From positions 3,534,001-3,598,000 of the forward strand of contig SMSO01000025.1 in assembly GCA_004764695.1 (NCBI GenBank): 64,000 bases of DNA. The letters are read 5' to 3'. Both the position numbers and the translations under genes were made by a program. Source of the DNA: Schizochytrium sp. TIO01 (taxonomy: Eukaryota; Protista; Bigyra: Labyrinthulomycetes). Of the stretch, positions 31,819 to 44,800 are shown one piece after another. A model generated the notes under the pieces. That model saw only the letters and a list, made by a program, of their open reading frames with translations. It ran no database searches and was not told where the DNA came from. Positions within the stretch are counted from its first letter, which is position 1. Every line of letters begins with the position of its first letter.

Positions 31819-34180
31819 ATTGTTGGAATTGCGTAAATATTCTCTTGCAAATAATTTTCGTTAACCACCGAATAATGCAGATACACCAAACCAAATATTG
31901 CACCAGAATATAAAGTCCAATAAATGATTCAGGTTCGCTATTTTGCTTCGTAGGCCTTTGAATCGGATTACATGATCATCTACAGACTTTCTTTCTCTCC
32001 TTCTCTCATTTATCTGATTTCACGCGGCAGAAGTGAGAGAAGTTGCATCCAGCTCTTTCGGAGGTCCTTCTGGTCTCGCAACTGCATTCACTATCACCGG
32101 CCCAGCTAGGCGCGAATCCCATAAACATACAAGAAAGCCTCCTGCTCCTTTCTACCGCATTGGTATTACTACTAGTTGTAATTCTTACAAATCTTTCTCT
32201 CTTGACTTTGCCTTACGACTTCTTGTTGCTTCGTTGCCCTAGCCTACTAGTAGAAAGTGAAGTTTAAAGTACGTCGTCGTGGGGGCAAACAGCCGTATAC
32301 CATGTCGTTCTCCTGTCTGTATGGTCCACGATGTTAACTTAAATCCACAATCGCGTTTAGCATCGATTTAGGCACCTATCAAGAAAGGCGAGCTGCAAGT
32401 GCTCAGGGTGAAAGATCTATTTTCCTAAAGTCAAGTCTTCAGCACCAAGTTTTCGCGCAATCATGTCTGGAACCTACTCTTTACCCACCGTTTTGATTTA
32501 GACCATTAAGTCTGCCTTACTTGGTCATGAAGACCGAATTGGAGTTGAGAAAAATATGTAATTATTTCCACAGCTTGAGTGAATCAATCTTGCATTGATG
32601 CATTCAAAATAAGACAGTGATAGACCTGTCCAAATAATGGCAAACCTCCAAGCGGTGGCTAACCAATAGAACGAACCGCAAATCTTCCTGGAGCTCCCTC
32701 GCTCACTTAAAGTAGCACTGGCAGTGACAAATTTACAAGTGATGAACTGCAATCGCGAAAGTGGGGCTTTTCGATCCTCGAAGTTTCGCACGCTCCTTAC
32801 TAACATGCAGTGCAAGTACACTAAAATGCTGACGCACCAGACTTTACGAAACAAGCCAAACTGGTTCTAGGTACTAGTTACAATTCCGAAGAGGCACCGC
32901 GCAGATATCTTAAAAGGGGTTATAATCACGAAGCGATCGAACACAAGCGAAAGTGGGTGACCGCCACCACTGAGTCTGTAGATGCTCTTTCTCTCCATAT
33001 TGCACTCAATTTTTAAAGACGTGTGCACACTGTAATAGTTAGTCGCTTAGCCAGTACTCTAACACATGCCCCTGGGAGGGATAGTGATAACTTTAGCCAG
33101 ATGCTATTGCTAACACTACAAAACTGAAAAGTGCCATTTCTTTTCAATGATCTTCTTTTCTTCCTTTTTTCTCTTCTTGAGCGATCGATTCTCTGTAAAG
33201 AATTTGAGCTTGGAGTTCGACTGGCTCAGCTTCCCTCCTGCGCCGCGTTGAATATGATAGTGTATAGGTGCAAGCTCTCTTGGCGTTCTCTTTCTGGTTT
33301 GATAATCTACTTTATTCATGATCATTATTGCTCAGAAGCACGCCAAGAGAGCGTTTCTCTTTCCTCTTTCTTTTTTTTGAAGAGGAAAAAGTCCCACGAA
33401 CTCACGAAGCTCCTCACTTCTTGGAGAAAACGACGGGCGTGACTGTGATGAGCTAGGTAAGGATGTCTTGGATCTGAAGTTGTCTCTGATAAAAGATTAT
33501 GGGGTGCAAGAAGCCCCTTGGCGATAATCCCGTCTTCATGTTTACCTAGGGTACTTATTTTACATCTTTCTTTCCAGGTTTTGATTTTATTTTTATCCGA
33601 AAGTAAAAAGATTAATAAATGACCCGACTTACTTGAGTGATGCTATCTAGAAAGAACTAAACAAAATAAAAATAATTTTCAATATTTATTTATTTATTTA
33701 TCTATAAGTAAGTCGAATAAACCAAATTCCATTGAAGGACAAAACCAGCGCAGTAGCAATTCCGGAGTGCGCTTGCGCGCCTTCTCGGCTCCTGGCCCCT
33801 CTCTCATCGCCTCGAGTAGACCTGTTGAGCGTGAAGCTTGCCTACGGTTGAAGGTTTTAGGAGCTCAGCAGTGGCGTTGAACTTGAAGCACTCATCCCTG
33901 CGGAATTAGTAAGGCTAGCGCGTGGCCGCAAGCGCTGTGGCCAACCTCACAGAGCGGCACGTGACAAGCAGCGAAACCGCACTCCAAACCTGGGTTTTGA
34001 AGAGCAATACTGATAGCGAGGGCATCGCGGAGATTATCCAGAGCACTGGCGTCCGTGAGCTATAGAGCTTGACTGTCCCTCCCCTTGCAGGCAGTGAAGA
34101 GGCTGATAATAATCGAGGAGCTTCGAGCCGGCCTCAGTTGTACGGAGTTTGATATATAAAAGTGAGGAATAATTGGCAAA

Positions 34181-34879
34181 ATGGATAACAAGCAGACTGT
34201 GTTTGACCTCATTGGAGAGGTGCAGGCAGCCTCTCAGCGTGCAGAAATTGGTGCGCAAATTTCAAAGGCGAAGCGTGAAAGCCAACGTCTGGATGGCTCA
34301 TACAACTATGGTGCAGGTAGTGGTGGCGCCCAGCATGCTCAACTTGAAGAAGGCTTACCTCCGGCTGCCCCGGTGGTGCAGACAGTAGTGGCACCATCTA
34401 CGCGTGGCTTCTCAATTCAAAACTTCATGTCGGTTGTGAGTGGCCTGCAGTTCGCTGTAGTTATTCTTATTGCTCAGCGAAGAATTCCGGACGCTGAGCG
34501 TGTGGAGTTCTTCGTCGTACTCGCCATGCTCATGGTTACCGCCGCAAATGCAAAGATCTTGGAGCTTCTCCCTGACGGAAGCACGATCATCAATGACTGC
34601 GAAGCGATCAAATTTATTGTGCTTGGCATTCCTATTTTTTTCTTTATCATGCTGATTGAAGTGTGGTTTCTCTCTTACCTCTTTCGGTACGACCCTGCGG
34701 TTCAGTTATCTTCTTTCAAAAACAATGCGCAAACTATTCTCTCGGTTGCCACGGCACTCACCATCACCAAAATTGTCCTTATCACCACTGTTCGTATTCT
34801 CATTCCTATTTTGAAGACGATTCGCAAGAAAAGAATTCCTGAACTGAAAAAGCGTCTGGCCAGGCAACCCCTTCATTAA
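34181..34879 (+). CDS. Hypothetical ~4-TM membrane protein
   Basis: 232-aa ATG-initiated ORF with four hydrophobic segments (VVSGLQFAVVILIA; FFVVLAMLMVTAA; FIVLGIPIFFFIMLIEVWFLSYLF; ILSVATALTITKIVLITTVRILIPIL) and a basic tail. Confidence 0.8.
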   Translation: MDNKQTVFDLIGEVQAASQRAEIGAQISKAKRESQRLDGSYNYGAGSGGAQHAQLEEGLPPAAPVVQTVVAPSTRGFSIQNFMSVVSGLQFAVVILIAQRRIPDAERVEFFVVLAMLMVTAANAKILELLPDGSTIINDCEAIKFIVLGIPIFFFIMLIEVWFLSYLFRYDPAVQLSSFKNNAQTILSVATALTITKIVLITTVRILIPILKTIRKKRIPELKKRLARQPLH

Positions 34880-36124
34880 TTACCTTTTGGGTAACCTGTT
34901 GACTCACTCATCAAGGGATTTTGAAATGGAAGTTGATCCTGCTCGAGTGGAAAGACAAATATGTACGGGGGTTCGACCCTCCTTCCCTTCTGTGGCTGAA
35001 ATTATCCCAACCACAAATAAAATTGGGCTCTTTTTTGGTCTTCTAGCATTGTGAGTTTTCATATACTTTGCTCAAATTTTGCATACCTATATTCACAATT
35101 ATTATGGGTATGTATTTGCCTCGCTCTGCGTGAGGCGATGGCAAGCTGGTTCTTAATGAGAATTAATACACAACTCTCACCATGGCATAGAATCCTTCAT
35201 ATTTTCCTAAAACACCAAAGACTAATGAGCGAATGATTCCTAGCTGTTGTTCATGAAATAATCATTTTGACATATATTAAATGTATCAGGATTGACCAAA
35301 TAGTCTTAGAGACGTGAAAATTATGTTCTGCTGGCACCTGCACTTCTTAGCAGCATTATTTTTGAGTCAATCTAAACCTCAACTCGAGAATTTGTGGGGG
35401 TAGAGTAATCAAGAAAGTTAGCCCAGGCTTTCAATTATGTGAGTCTATTTATCTATTCATTTGTTTTCCCTCTCTAGATTAGAAAACGATAGTTCAGTTG
35501 TAACAGCAGCTTACAATCAAACTATCTCCAGGCTTAAAGGGCCTCACGAGTCTTGTAACTTAGTGTCAACAAGAAAGAAGATAGTGAATGACGAAAACTG
35601 AACCAGTTAATTCAATCAAAGATGTAATACTAAGCACTTTAAATTTATCAACTTGAGGTAATAGAACGCGTATATATAGAATGATAAAGTATCTCCTACG
35701 ATGAACCTTTCACTTGCTATGGCTAACACAAACCTCGAGACCAACCGAATCACCAGGCCGCTTGTACTTGATTTAGAGTCAGTGGTCAAGTGTTAAACCA
35801 TTCCTCGAACACAATTATCCCGCGTACAGCGTCTATACAAATCAGCCAACGCCCCACACAGACGCTTCTTTGTGGAAGTAAAGTTTTCGCTCCCAAGTAT
35901 AAAGAACGAAAATATTCTATAGAAGCTACTATTCAATATTTTTTGATATTTTTCATAACATTCTTCAGAACCCGCTGGGAATTCATATTGCATCAGAAGC
36001 TCTTAAACGAGGATCCGGTGTAATTTTGCTTGTTGCGGTTCACTCGCCACGCATCCGAGAAGATTTTGTTGATGAGAAGAAAACGGGACTAAAGCAGCTT
36101 ACAGCAGTAAAATGCTGGATTTGA

Positions 36125-37015
36125 TCACCTACGCACGATTCTCAACCAGACATTGCGCATTATATTCCAAGCCACATTAGGTGGAATATTACGCAAAAAC
36201 ACAAGTGCACCAACCGAGAGGACACGAAGAGATGCGCTAAGCATACCAGGGAATCTCAACATAATAGCCAAAGGCACGATGGCAGACAAAATCAGACCCT
36301 TGCGCTCCCGAGCAAATTCTTTAGCAAAAGAAAAGTCGCCGTGACGTGCTGCTTCCCATGCTGTTGCAGCCTCCGAGGTCACAATTTCGACATACTCGCG
36401 TAATCCTAGATCTTGCCAAACTTTCTGAAATACTTGGTCGGCAAAGTCATCTACGGGGTTACCAGTAGCCTGGTACTGGTTTCCTTGGTTAAAGTGCTGC
36501 TGGTTGTCATGGTGCCCTGTCATGTCATAGACATGGCGTTTTTCAGAATCTCCTAAGACCTCGTACGCAGCAGCAATTCGGTGGAACATCTTCTGTGCAT
36601 TTGGGTCATTCGGATTGAGATCAGGGTGGTACCTTTTTGCAAGATTAAAATAGGCCTTCTTGATCTCATTCTGAGATGCGCTCCGGCTTACCTCCAGAAT
36701 CTCATACAAATCAGTCGTTGAACTCGCCCTGTTGAACACGCTACGCGCTGAGAAACCCAAAGGCTCGGCCAAGGTCCACGCCTTAGGCTGGGGCTCTCCC
36801 AATAAAATTGGCAATTTACCATAAGTCCATGAAGGTGCCTGAAACGCCGCCCGGGACCTTAATGGTAGAGCCTTAATCGTAGATGAAGACGGCATTGCCA
36901 TACTCAAGCGCATCACTCTCTGCCCAACCCTCGGCATAGACATCAGCTCAGGCCCCGCCCACGAGCGCAGACTAACCTTGGCACATGCCGAAGCGGCCAT
37001 AACAGCCCGACGCAT
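36125..37015 (-). CDS. DnaJ (J-domain, class C) co-chaperone, probably mitochondrial membrane
   Basis: [34 protein letters not shown]...[21 protein letters not shown] (HPD motif); Arg/Ser/Ala-rich presequence-like N-terminus from ATG 37015; hydrophobic C-terminus. Confidence 0.92.
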   Translation of the reverse strand: MRRAVMAASACAKVSLRSWAGPELMSMPRVGQRVMRLSMAMPSSSTIKALPLRSRAAFQAPSWTYGKLPILLGEPQPKAWTLAEPLGFSARSVFNRASSTTDLYEILEVSRSASQNEIKKAYFNLAKRYHPDLNPNDPNAQKMFHRIAAAYEVLGDSEKRHVYDMTGHHDNQQHFNQGNQYQATGNPVDDFADQVFQKVWQDLGLREYVEIVTSEAATAWEAARHGDFSFAKEFARERKGLILSAIVPLAIMLRFPGMLSASLRVLSVGALVFLRNIPPNVAWNIMRNVWLRIVRR

Positions 37016-38693
37016 CTTTGTGCTCAACTTTTGAGCGAACCTACACCTAGTCTAGCGTCTGGATTGTGTTCTGCGTCAATGAGCCTGGCATCGGAGCGAG
37101 GCGAGGCAGCGACGGAGGGTTATTTTGTACATGTATTTTATTTGATTGTGTATTAAATGTTAAGACGCTTGGCTCACGCTATGTTTAAGTAAGTAAAGAC
37201 TACACTACCCTGGCGCCTGATCAAATGCTCTTGAGATTGATAGTTGGCTTCAGCTCACAGCGTGTGATGATAAGACACTGCAGAGGCGAATGTCTCTGTG
37301 ATGCGATTTTGACACGACAGGAAGCTGCATGTCAAATTTTCAAAACCATTCTACCCAGTTGTCGTTAAAAAAGAGAACCAGGTATGTCAAAACTGGCTAG
37401 GTACTAGCAAACTTTATCCTGATCATCAGCGCACAGATGGTGTGCTCCCATTCTTCAGAGGCCATTCCTATCAATCTTCTCACTCGGGTGAAAAATATGT
37501 TAGCGTATGGGGTTATCTACTATGGGCTCTTTTTTTAATATATCACGTCAACGGAATTCTAGGAACAGCTGTATTGCGTCACTATTCATTTTTTAATGCT
37601 GACTGTGCAGTTATGCCGCCATCCGGGGGCATTTGGGATAAAAAGGGACCACGTGCAGTGCAAGCATTGAGGCTTAAACAGTCGCAAGATACTTTTGTCA
37701 ATCCTCCACATGGACTAGAACTCAACCGAAGGCGAACCAATCAGACTGATGTAAGACACCGTTGATGATACGTTTCCTAATCCGAGGCTACAACTCTATC
37801 ATCAAGGCAGCGCTAAGGCAAAAGCATGTTAGTCGATACATAGAATTGGGGCCATTGATGGAGCGCTAGCAATGAGAGATATACACGCCTTCCAGGCTAT
37901 ATCAACTGATGGATGTGACTTGGGTTTTACTCAGGCAGGCATGAGGATTAATAACGAGAGCTCGAGCCCAATGCAGCAGGGCTCACAAATGTTGGTGCCG
38001 ATACCCACTGCAACCCATGGGAAAGCTCTCCCCTACATCGACGTAGCAGCGGTCTTCCTGATCATGGCGGTTGACCTGTTGACGTTTTGCGTTTGCCCAC
38101 TGCACTGATCTGAGGTGTTTCTCTGCTGATGCCATTTCATGATGTCATCCCAATTTCGTGGCTCTAAGTACTACAACAGTGAATTAACGAGTGCGTGCAT
38201 TGCTGCCTGTCTGCCAGTGTAGAACTCATTGATGATTTACCGGCAAACGTAACCTCCAAATGCAAAGCATGAATAATGGATGTCTGGGAAGAGCCTTGTC
38301 GCGACACTGAAAAAAGCTCTCTCGCCGTTTATGCCCTTGTGGAAAATGCTGTGTTCCTCTAGCCAATCAATGGAAGTCGGTTAGCTCGAACAAGAGATAC
38401 CTAATTACAGGTGGTGGATCCCGACACAGCCAATGCACTAACGTTACTGCAAGGTGGGGCCCACCACGTCCGTTGAAGCGCACCGCATCAAACAGCTTCA
38501 TTGCAAGAGAATTGGATTTTGTCAGCAAAGCCATTACTGTGCACATTGTCTGTCCTCAGGTATGGAACTAGATACTGTGAATTTGCCCCGTGACTTCTGT
38601 TGAGATACTCCTATCGTTTACGTTAATATTCGCCTTAGGCTGACCAAGTAAGTAGGATTTCTTTGTCTTTTGAGGCGAAGCTCCATTTTCAAG

Positions 38694-40733
38694 ATGGCCG
38701 TATACAATATCAATTATCAGGAACAAATTGGGATGAAAAAAAGTAATCGCTCGCCAAGCAACATCGAGCGGCGCGATTATGCTGGTGCTGGTGCGAACAT
38801 GAGCTGCCCCCCACGAGCAATTAACGCCCGCCGGGTCCTGAAAAGGGTGCTGGTGGCCCTCGTAGCGTGCAACTTCATCTACTTTGTCGTTGTCAACAGG
38901 GTCATTCAAAGAGCGCCCTGCGCCATCGCCTGGACAGAGTCTGGTTGCCTAAGTACAGAATATCCTATCGAAGACACAACCTCAATTGGCACCAATACAG
39001 ACAACGAAGGGCTTAATGGCAATGTCATTATAAATTCCCGAGATTCGGAATTATTTTCCTTAAACTCCTCGAAATCAGATTTGTTGAGTTCTGGAGTATC
39101 TGTGTATGAAGACGCTCTTTCGACAGTTTTGATATCAGAAGATGGACTACGCACCGAAAAGGAACGTGCAGAATACGCAGCGCGTCCTCGAGATGGCAAG
39201 ATTCATATTACACATGTGTTTAATTCGTTTCGGGTGCCGGCAACTTCGAAACTAGCCAAGGAGCATGCAATCGTACGACTCTCCTGGCAGCTTGCAGCAG
39301 AATACGCCCTGCAAGTTGCTGGTATCCAAGTTGAATTTATTAATGCATTGCTCCCCATGGACAAAGGCTCTGGACCCAGTTTTGCCACTGAGGTGGAGCT
39401 CTCAAACATCATTGTGGACCCTTTTAACAATCATAAACTTCCCACGGTGGGCGAAATCTTTCGTGTCGGAAGAGACTACGGCAACGGAAAATACCTTATT
39501 TACACTAATGCAGATATTGGTGTTCATCGTGACTTTTATGTGCAAGCTTGGGAGCTTGCGCACCGAGATGCCACTGCTCCAGACCTTCAAGAACGCTTAC
39601 GAGCCGAGTCTTTCGAGCTCTTGAACTTTTGTCTCAACTTTGATGAGACTGGAGGCGCGCATATCACCACGCCAGCTCTTTGTCAGAATGACGCAAGGAT
39701 TTACTACAAACTTCATGGTGGTGACCCCGCGATCACACCTCTTGCGATGCAAGACTTAGCTTGGATGTATGTGCAGAATTGCACACAGAAGGCACTTCAA
39801 AGCCCCAAACCTAGTACGCCGACCCTGTCAATGCTAAAGAAGTGGTTTGCAGAAGCAGGTGGACAAGGAAGCGGCCCGTTGACAGTCGATGCTGCACTGA
39901 ACTACTCTCCACAAATCCATGTATTGGAGGGTTCCCAGCGAGATCCACCTCTGCCGCGAGCCTTCACAATTACTCGAATGGATCTTCAGGTCAACCAAGA
40001 CGATGTAACGGTGAGTAAGGAAAGTCTCGATCAGATGCTTGGAACTGCGAAGGCTGCGCCTCACCCAGGCAATGACTGTTTTATTTTCCCGCGAAACATG
40101 GTGCCAGAAATGATCATTCGTTCAAAACACCCTTTGTCATGGCGACCATGGGGCATGTGGATTCCATGGACCTTTGAGTGGGAACTCTCTTCAGACAAAA
40201 TAATCTGGCAGCGCTTTGAATCTACGGAACAGAAGCGATATACTTTTCACATTGGTGTCTCGGGGCGCGTAGCTAACAAATGGATAGATCTATGGAGGTT
40301 GCGGCCAATGTTCATTCTTGGTCTAGCTGCAGACTGGAATGAAATTACAGGCGGAAGATACACAGAGTCATTCAAAGTTCCACCTTATTGTAAGCAATCC
40401 GCTGCTTATAGACATTTTGCTTTTTGTAATTCCGCCCCTCCATATATGCGCTACTGCCAGGGCTATGTACGATATGGATGCTCAGAGTTCAACCACCCAA
40501 ACTTGCGCGACCCTTATAATTACAGGCTACAATGTGACCGCCTGCTCCGCCGCTCGCTTGCATCTAAAAAACAGCCCCTGGTGCCACCATTTTGCGATTT
40601 TTGCTCAAATCTCATGAAAGCCCAAGGTAGCTACACGCCATCCAAAATCAAACTCTTGGATAAAAAATGTGACACCTCCTTGCGTCTCAAGAAGTGCTCG
40701 CCATTGAAGTGCGACTATGTTCAAGCCGTATAA
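38694..40733 (+). CDS. Type II membrane protein, putative GT-A-like glycosyltransferase with Cys-rich C-terminus
   Basis: ~680-aa ORF; signal anchor RRVLKRVLVALVACNFIYFVVV; DxD-like YLIYTNADIGVHRDFY; HPGNDCFIFPR; first ATG 38694, alternative starts at 38733 and 38799. The function call is an inference. Confidence 0.7.
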   Translation: MAVYNINYQEQIGMKKSNRSPSNIERRDYAGAGANMSCPPRAINARRVLKRVLVALVACNFIYFVVVNRVIQRAPCAIAWTESGCLSTEYPIEDTTSIGTNTDNEGLNGNVIINSRDSELFSLNSSKSDLLSSGVSVYEDALSTVLISEDGLRTEKERAEYAARPRDGKIHITHVFNSFRVPATSKLAKEHAIVRLSWQLAAEYALQVAGIQVEFINALLPMDKGSGPSFATEVELSNIIVDPFNNHKLPTVGEIFRVGRDYGNGKYLIYTNADIGVHRDFYVQAWELAHRDATAPDLQERLRAESFELLNFCLNFDETGGAHITTPALCQNDARIYYKLHGGDPAITPLAMQDLAWMYVQNCTQKALQSPKPSTPTLSMLKKWFAEAGGQGSGPLTVDAALNYSPQIHVLEGSQRDPPLPRAFTITRMDLQVNQDDVTVSKESLDQMLGTAKAAPHPGNDCFIFPRNMVPEMIIRSKHPLSWRPWGMWIPWTFEWELSSDKIIWQRFESTEQKRYTFHIGVSGRVANKWIDLWRLRPMFILGLAADWNEITGGRYTESFKVPPYCKQSAAYRHFAFCNSAPPYMRYCQGYVRYGCSEFNHPNLRDPYNYRLQCDRLLRRSLASKKQPLVPPFCDFCSNLMKAQGSYTPSKIKLLDKKCDTSLRLKKCSPLKCDYVQAV

Positions 40734-41413
40734 GAAACCATAACTGAGACGCGATACGCCACCATAGGGGTATCATCAACGTAATATTCACCACGAAAGT
40801 CTAATAAAGTAATTTCCGCACAAACCTTATCACCCATGCGGATCTCCACGCATCGTTTTTCTGCCTTGTTCCACTTGTTCACTGGTACCTCCTTTCGATG
40901 AATTGGTAGCGATATGCTCTTGTACTGGACAAGTTCCTGTGCAGTTAGTTTTGTTTCGGCCATTCCCGGAGAGGAAGCCAAGATTTTGAAGGACTCTTGA
41001 AGAATGGCATTGCGAAGTTCCTCAAATGTGGGCACGTCGGGTTCCCTCACAAGTGCCACATCTGGGTCAGAGATCTCGCCAGAGATAGGACCTGCTCCCG
41101 CGGTTGCCGCTAGCCAATCGAGCTCCGAAAGACACAAGGACACCGGTAGCATCGCATTACGTCTAGACGACTTGCGTTGTTCTCGCAATTCTGCATAGCG
41201 ATCCTCATCCTCATGGATCTCCCGACGAGGCTCATCGCTGGCTGTTGTATTGTGGTATTTCCTGCGTCTCTTGGCTTCTGCAGGGTCCAAAGATGGTGAT
41301 GTTGAGGATAACGAAGAGGACTGTACCCCAGCAAGAGCTACCTGCGCCGCTTGTGAACCCAAAGACATCTGCACGGGGACCTGCAGCGGTACGTGGAATC
41401 TGAACACCGGCAT
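40721..41413 (-). CDS. Hypothetical protein (230 aa)
   Basis: ATG-initiated ORF with protein-like composition (basic KRRRK, helical middle, beta-rich C-terminus); fills the gap between two genes; no family recognised. Confidence 0.65.
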   Translation of the reverse strand: MPVFRFHVPLQVPVQMSLGSQAAQVALAGVQSSSLSSTSPSLDPAEAKRRRKYHNTTASDEPRREIHEDEDRYAELREQRKSSRRNAMLPVSLCLSELDWLAATAGAGPISGEISDPDVALVREPDVPTFEELRNAILQESFKILASSPGMAETKLTAQELVQYKSISLPIHRKEVPVNKWNKAEKRCVEIRMGDKVCAEITLLDFRGEYYVDDTPMVAYRVSVMVSYTA

Positions 41414-41891
41414 TGTGGCGGCCGTGAATATAGCCTCAATCAGGTTCTAAAGCAAATGTGAAGCGCTGCCGCCCAGATCTGCTCCTCCAAAGTTTTTTCT
41501 TTCTTATTTCTTGTTGTTTTACCATTAACGGAATCGTGCACGATTTTCATGTGCGAAAATACCAAACACCGTTAGAGCCGTTTAGAGGAGGTATGTATAC
41601 CTATAATATAGGAATGTCTGTGAGACACGACGGTGATGCCACTAGCTAGTTAGTTATCCATCATTCAAGACCTTAAGGGCTAAGGTTGAGGGGACAAGGG
41701 ACTGCTTGTAGTTTAAACCAGTTTCAAGGCTGCCATAACGGTGTCGGTGGGCAAATTTGGCCTTCTCGACACGGAGAAACATTTACTTTTTCAAAGGCAG
41801 GCCTCCGCTCACCAGTAGGCCCGCGAGGCCAGCCTACGAAGAGAAAACTGAAGCAAAGTCATAGCTTCTCATTGTGGATAGCTTGGCGAGG

Positions 41892-44800
41892 ATGGGATCC
41901 AAAGACTCTGCAAAATCAGAGTTTGCGAATATGGCACGCGAAATGAGGGCTGCTGCAGGAGGCGATTTCGTGGTTGGCGCAAGAGTGGAAGCACAAATCG
42001 AAGGATGGAGCCAACATTACAAAGGCATTATTGTCAAGGCCAACCCAGATGGCAGCTTTGCAATCGACTTTGATGACGGTGAAAGTGTAGAAAAGGTTGC
42101 AACTACCCAAATGAATATTATTCAATGTCAGTGCCTTGTGGAACCTGGGCAACGTGTGCAGGTCAAGCTTGCAGGATACGATCAGATTCTTGAAGGCACT
42201 GTGTTATCTTTGACCGGCCCAGGCGCCTGTTCAGTTGACTTTGATGCTGGAGAGAACATCAAATTTGTACCACTTGATTTTGTTACTCCGCTTGCATTAG
42301 ACCAATCGGCCTCAAACCAGACTATTTCAAGGAGCGCAAAGTTTGCACGAGGCGATCGTGTTGGAGCTCAGTTAGAGGGATGGGACCAAGAGTACGAAGG
42401 AATTGTTGACAGCATTACTGGTTCCGAGAAGTATAAAGTTCTTTTTGACGATGGCGAGGTGGTTGAAGATGTGGATGAGTCCCTTTTGAACATCAAAAAG
42501 ACATACCAATCCTTTGAGTCAGGCGATAGCATTGAGGCAAAAATTGCCGGCTGGGACAAATATTATAAAGGCAAGGTTGTTGCAGCTGTTGGGCGCAGTG
42601 GCTACGAGTGCATTTTTGATGACGGAGAGCATGTTCCATTAATACCAAGTGATTTAATGCGTCGAGGACGACCAAAGTTACATCCAGCAGGAACCAGGGT
42701 TTTAGCCAAAGTCGCCGGGTGGAAAACAGCATATCCAGGTACTGTACAATCTGCAAACTTAAACGGAACTTACGAAATATTGTTTGATGACGGTGAAACC
42801 CAGAATGCAGTCAGTCATGAAGATGTTGAAAAACTATCAACAGAAGAATCTGCTACTAAGAACGAGAAGCCTTCGACAAATGAAGAACAGTCTACAAGTG
42901 CTCGAGTCGCAAAAGAACCTATCCCAGCATCCCCAAACAAATTTACCGTACATCAAAAAATAGAAGCAAAGATCCCAGAGTGGTCTCAATATTACTCAGG
43001 ATCGATTATGGGCATCAACACTGATGGCACATACTGCGTGTCTTTTGAAGATGGAGAAATGATTCCGTCCCTCGAGGAAAAGTACATGAGAGCTCTTGAA
43101 TTCTCTAAATCGAATGACATAACATTCGCTGGCCCTTCAGAGTGGAGTCCTGGTATGCGGGTGAAAGTGAAAACACCTGAATGGGATGACTACTATCCCG
43201 GTACAATTAAAAAAGCAAACTCTGATGGAACATTTCATGTAGATTTTGATGATGGAGACGTAGTAGAAAAGGCCAAACCAAATCAAATGAAGCCGTTCGA
43301 AACACCTAGTACAGCGTCCACTGAGAAAACAGACTCTGGCGCATCTCAGACATGGAAAGCTGGCATGCGCGTGAAAGTGAAAACACCTGAATGGGATGAC
43401 TACTATCCCGGTACAATTAAAAAAGCAAACTCTGATGGAACATTTCATGTAGATTTTGATGATGGAGACGTAGTAGAAAAGGCCAAACCAAATCAAATGA
43501 AGCCGTTCGAAACACCTAGTACAGCGTCCACTAAGAAAACAGACTCTGGCGCATCTCAGACATGGAAAGCTGGCATGCGCGTGAAAGTGAAAACACCTGA
43601 ATGGGATGACTACTATCCCGGTACAATTAAAAAAGCAAACTCTGATGGAACATTTCATGTAGATTTTGATGATGGAGACGTAGTAGAAAAGGCCAAACCA
43701 AATCAAATGAAGCCGTTCGAAACACCTAGTACAGCGTCCACTAAGAAAACAGACTCTGGCGCATCTCAGACATGGAAAGCTGGCATGCGCGTGAAAGTGA
43801 AAACACCTGAATGGGATGACTACTATCCCGGTACAATTAAAAAAGCAAACTCTGATGGAACATTTCATGTAGATTTTGATGATGGAGATGTAGTAGAAAA
43901 GGCCAAACCAAATCAAATGAAGCCGTTCGAAACACCTAGTACAGCGTCCACTGAGAAAACAGACTCTGGCGCATCTCAGACATGGAAAGCTGGCATGCGC
44001 GTGAAAGTGAAAACACCTGAATGGGATGACTACTATCCCGGTACAATTAAAAAAGCAAACTCTGATGGAACATTTCATGTAGATTTTGATGATGGAGACG
44101 TAGTAGAAAAGGCCAAACCAAATCAAATGAAGCCGTTCGAAACACCTAGTACAGCGTCCACTAAGAAAACAGACTCTGGCGCATCTCAGACATGGAAAGC
44201 TGGCATGCGCGTGAAAGTGAAAACACCTGAATGGGATGACTACTATCCCGGTACAATTAAAAAAGCAAACTCTGATGGAACATTTCATGTAGATTTTGAT
44301 GATGGAGATGTAGTAGAAAAGGCCAAACCAAGTCAAATGAAGCCGTTCGAAACACCTAGTACAGCGTCCACTAAGAAAACAGACTCTGGCGCATCTCAGA
44401 CATGGAAAGCTGGCATGCGCGTGAAAGTGAAAACACCTGAATGGGATGACTACTATCCTGGTACAATTAAAAAAGCAAACTCTGATGGAACATTTCATGT
44501 AGATTTTGATGATGGAGATGTAGTAGAAAAGGCCAAACCAAATCAAATGAAGCCGTTCGAAACACCTAGTACAGCGTCCACTGAGAAAACAGACTCTGGC
44601 GCATCTCAGACATGGAAAGCTGGCATGCGCGTGAAAGTGAAAACACCTGAATGGGATGACTACTATCCCGGTACAATTAAAAAAGCAAACTCTGATGGAA
44701 CATTTCATGTAGATTTTGATGATGGAGACGTAGTGGAGAAGGCTCAAATAGGTCAAATGCAAGCTTTAGTAGAAATGAACTGGAGTGAAGGTACGCGTGT

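Noticed and set aside
34928-34987. tRNA-like GGGGGTTCGACCCTCC T-arm
   Set aside because: No D-arm or anticodon arm can be folded and the length is too short for a tRNA
43151-44743. CRISPR-like regular repeat
   Set aside because: Units are contiguous, in frame and lack unique spacers; eukaryotic context with no cas genes
43137-44762. 541-aa Cys/Phe-rich antisense ORF
   Set aside because: Shadow of the 210-bp coding repeat: one stop-free antisense unit repeated gives a long ORF, and it ends where the array ends
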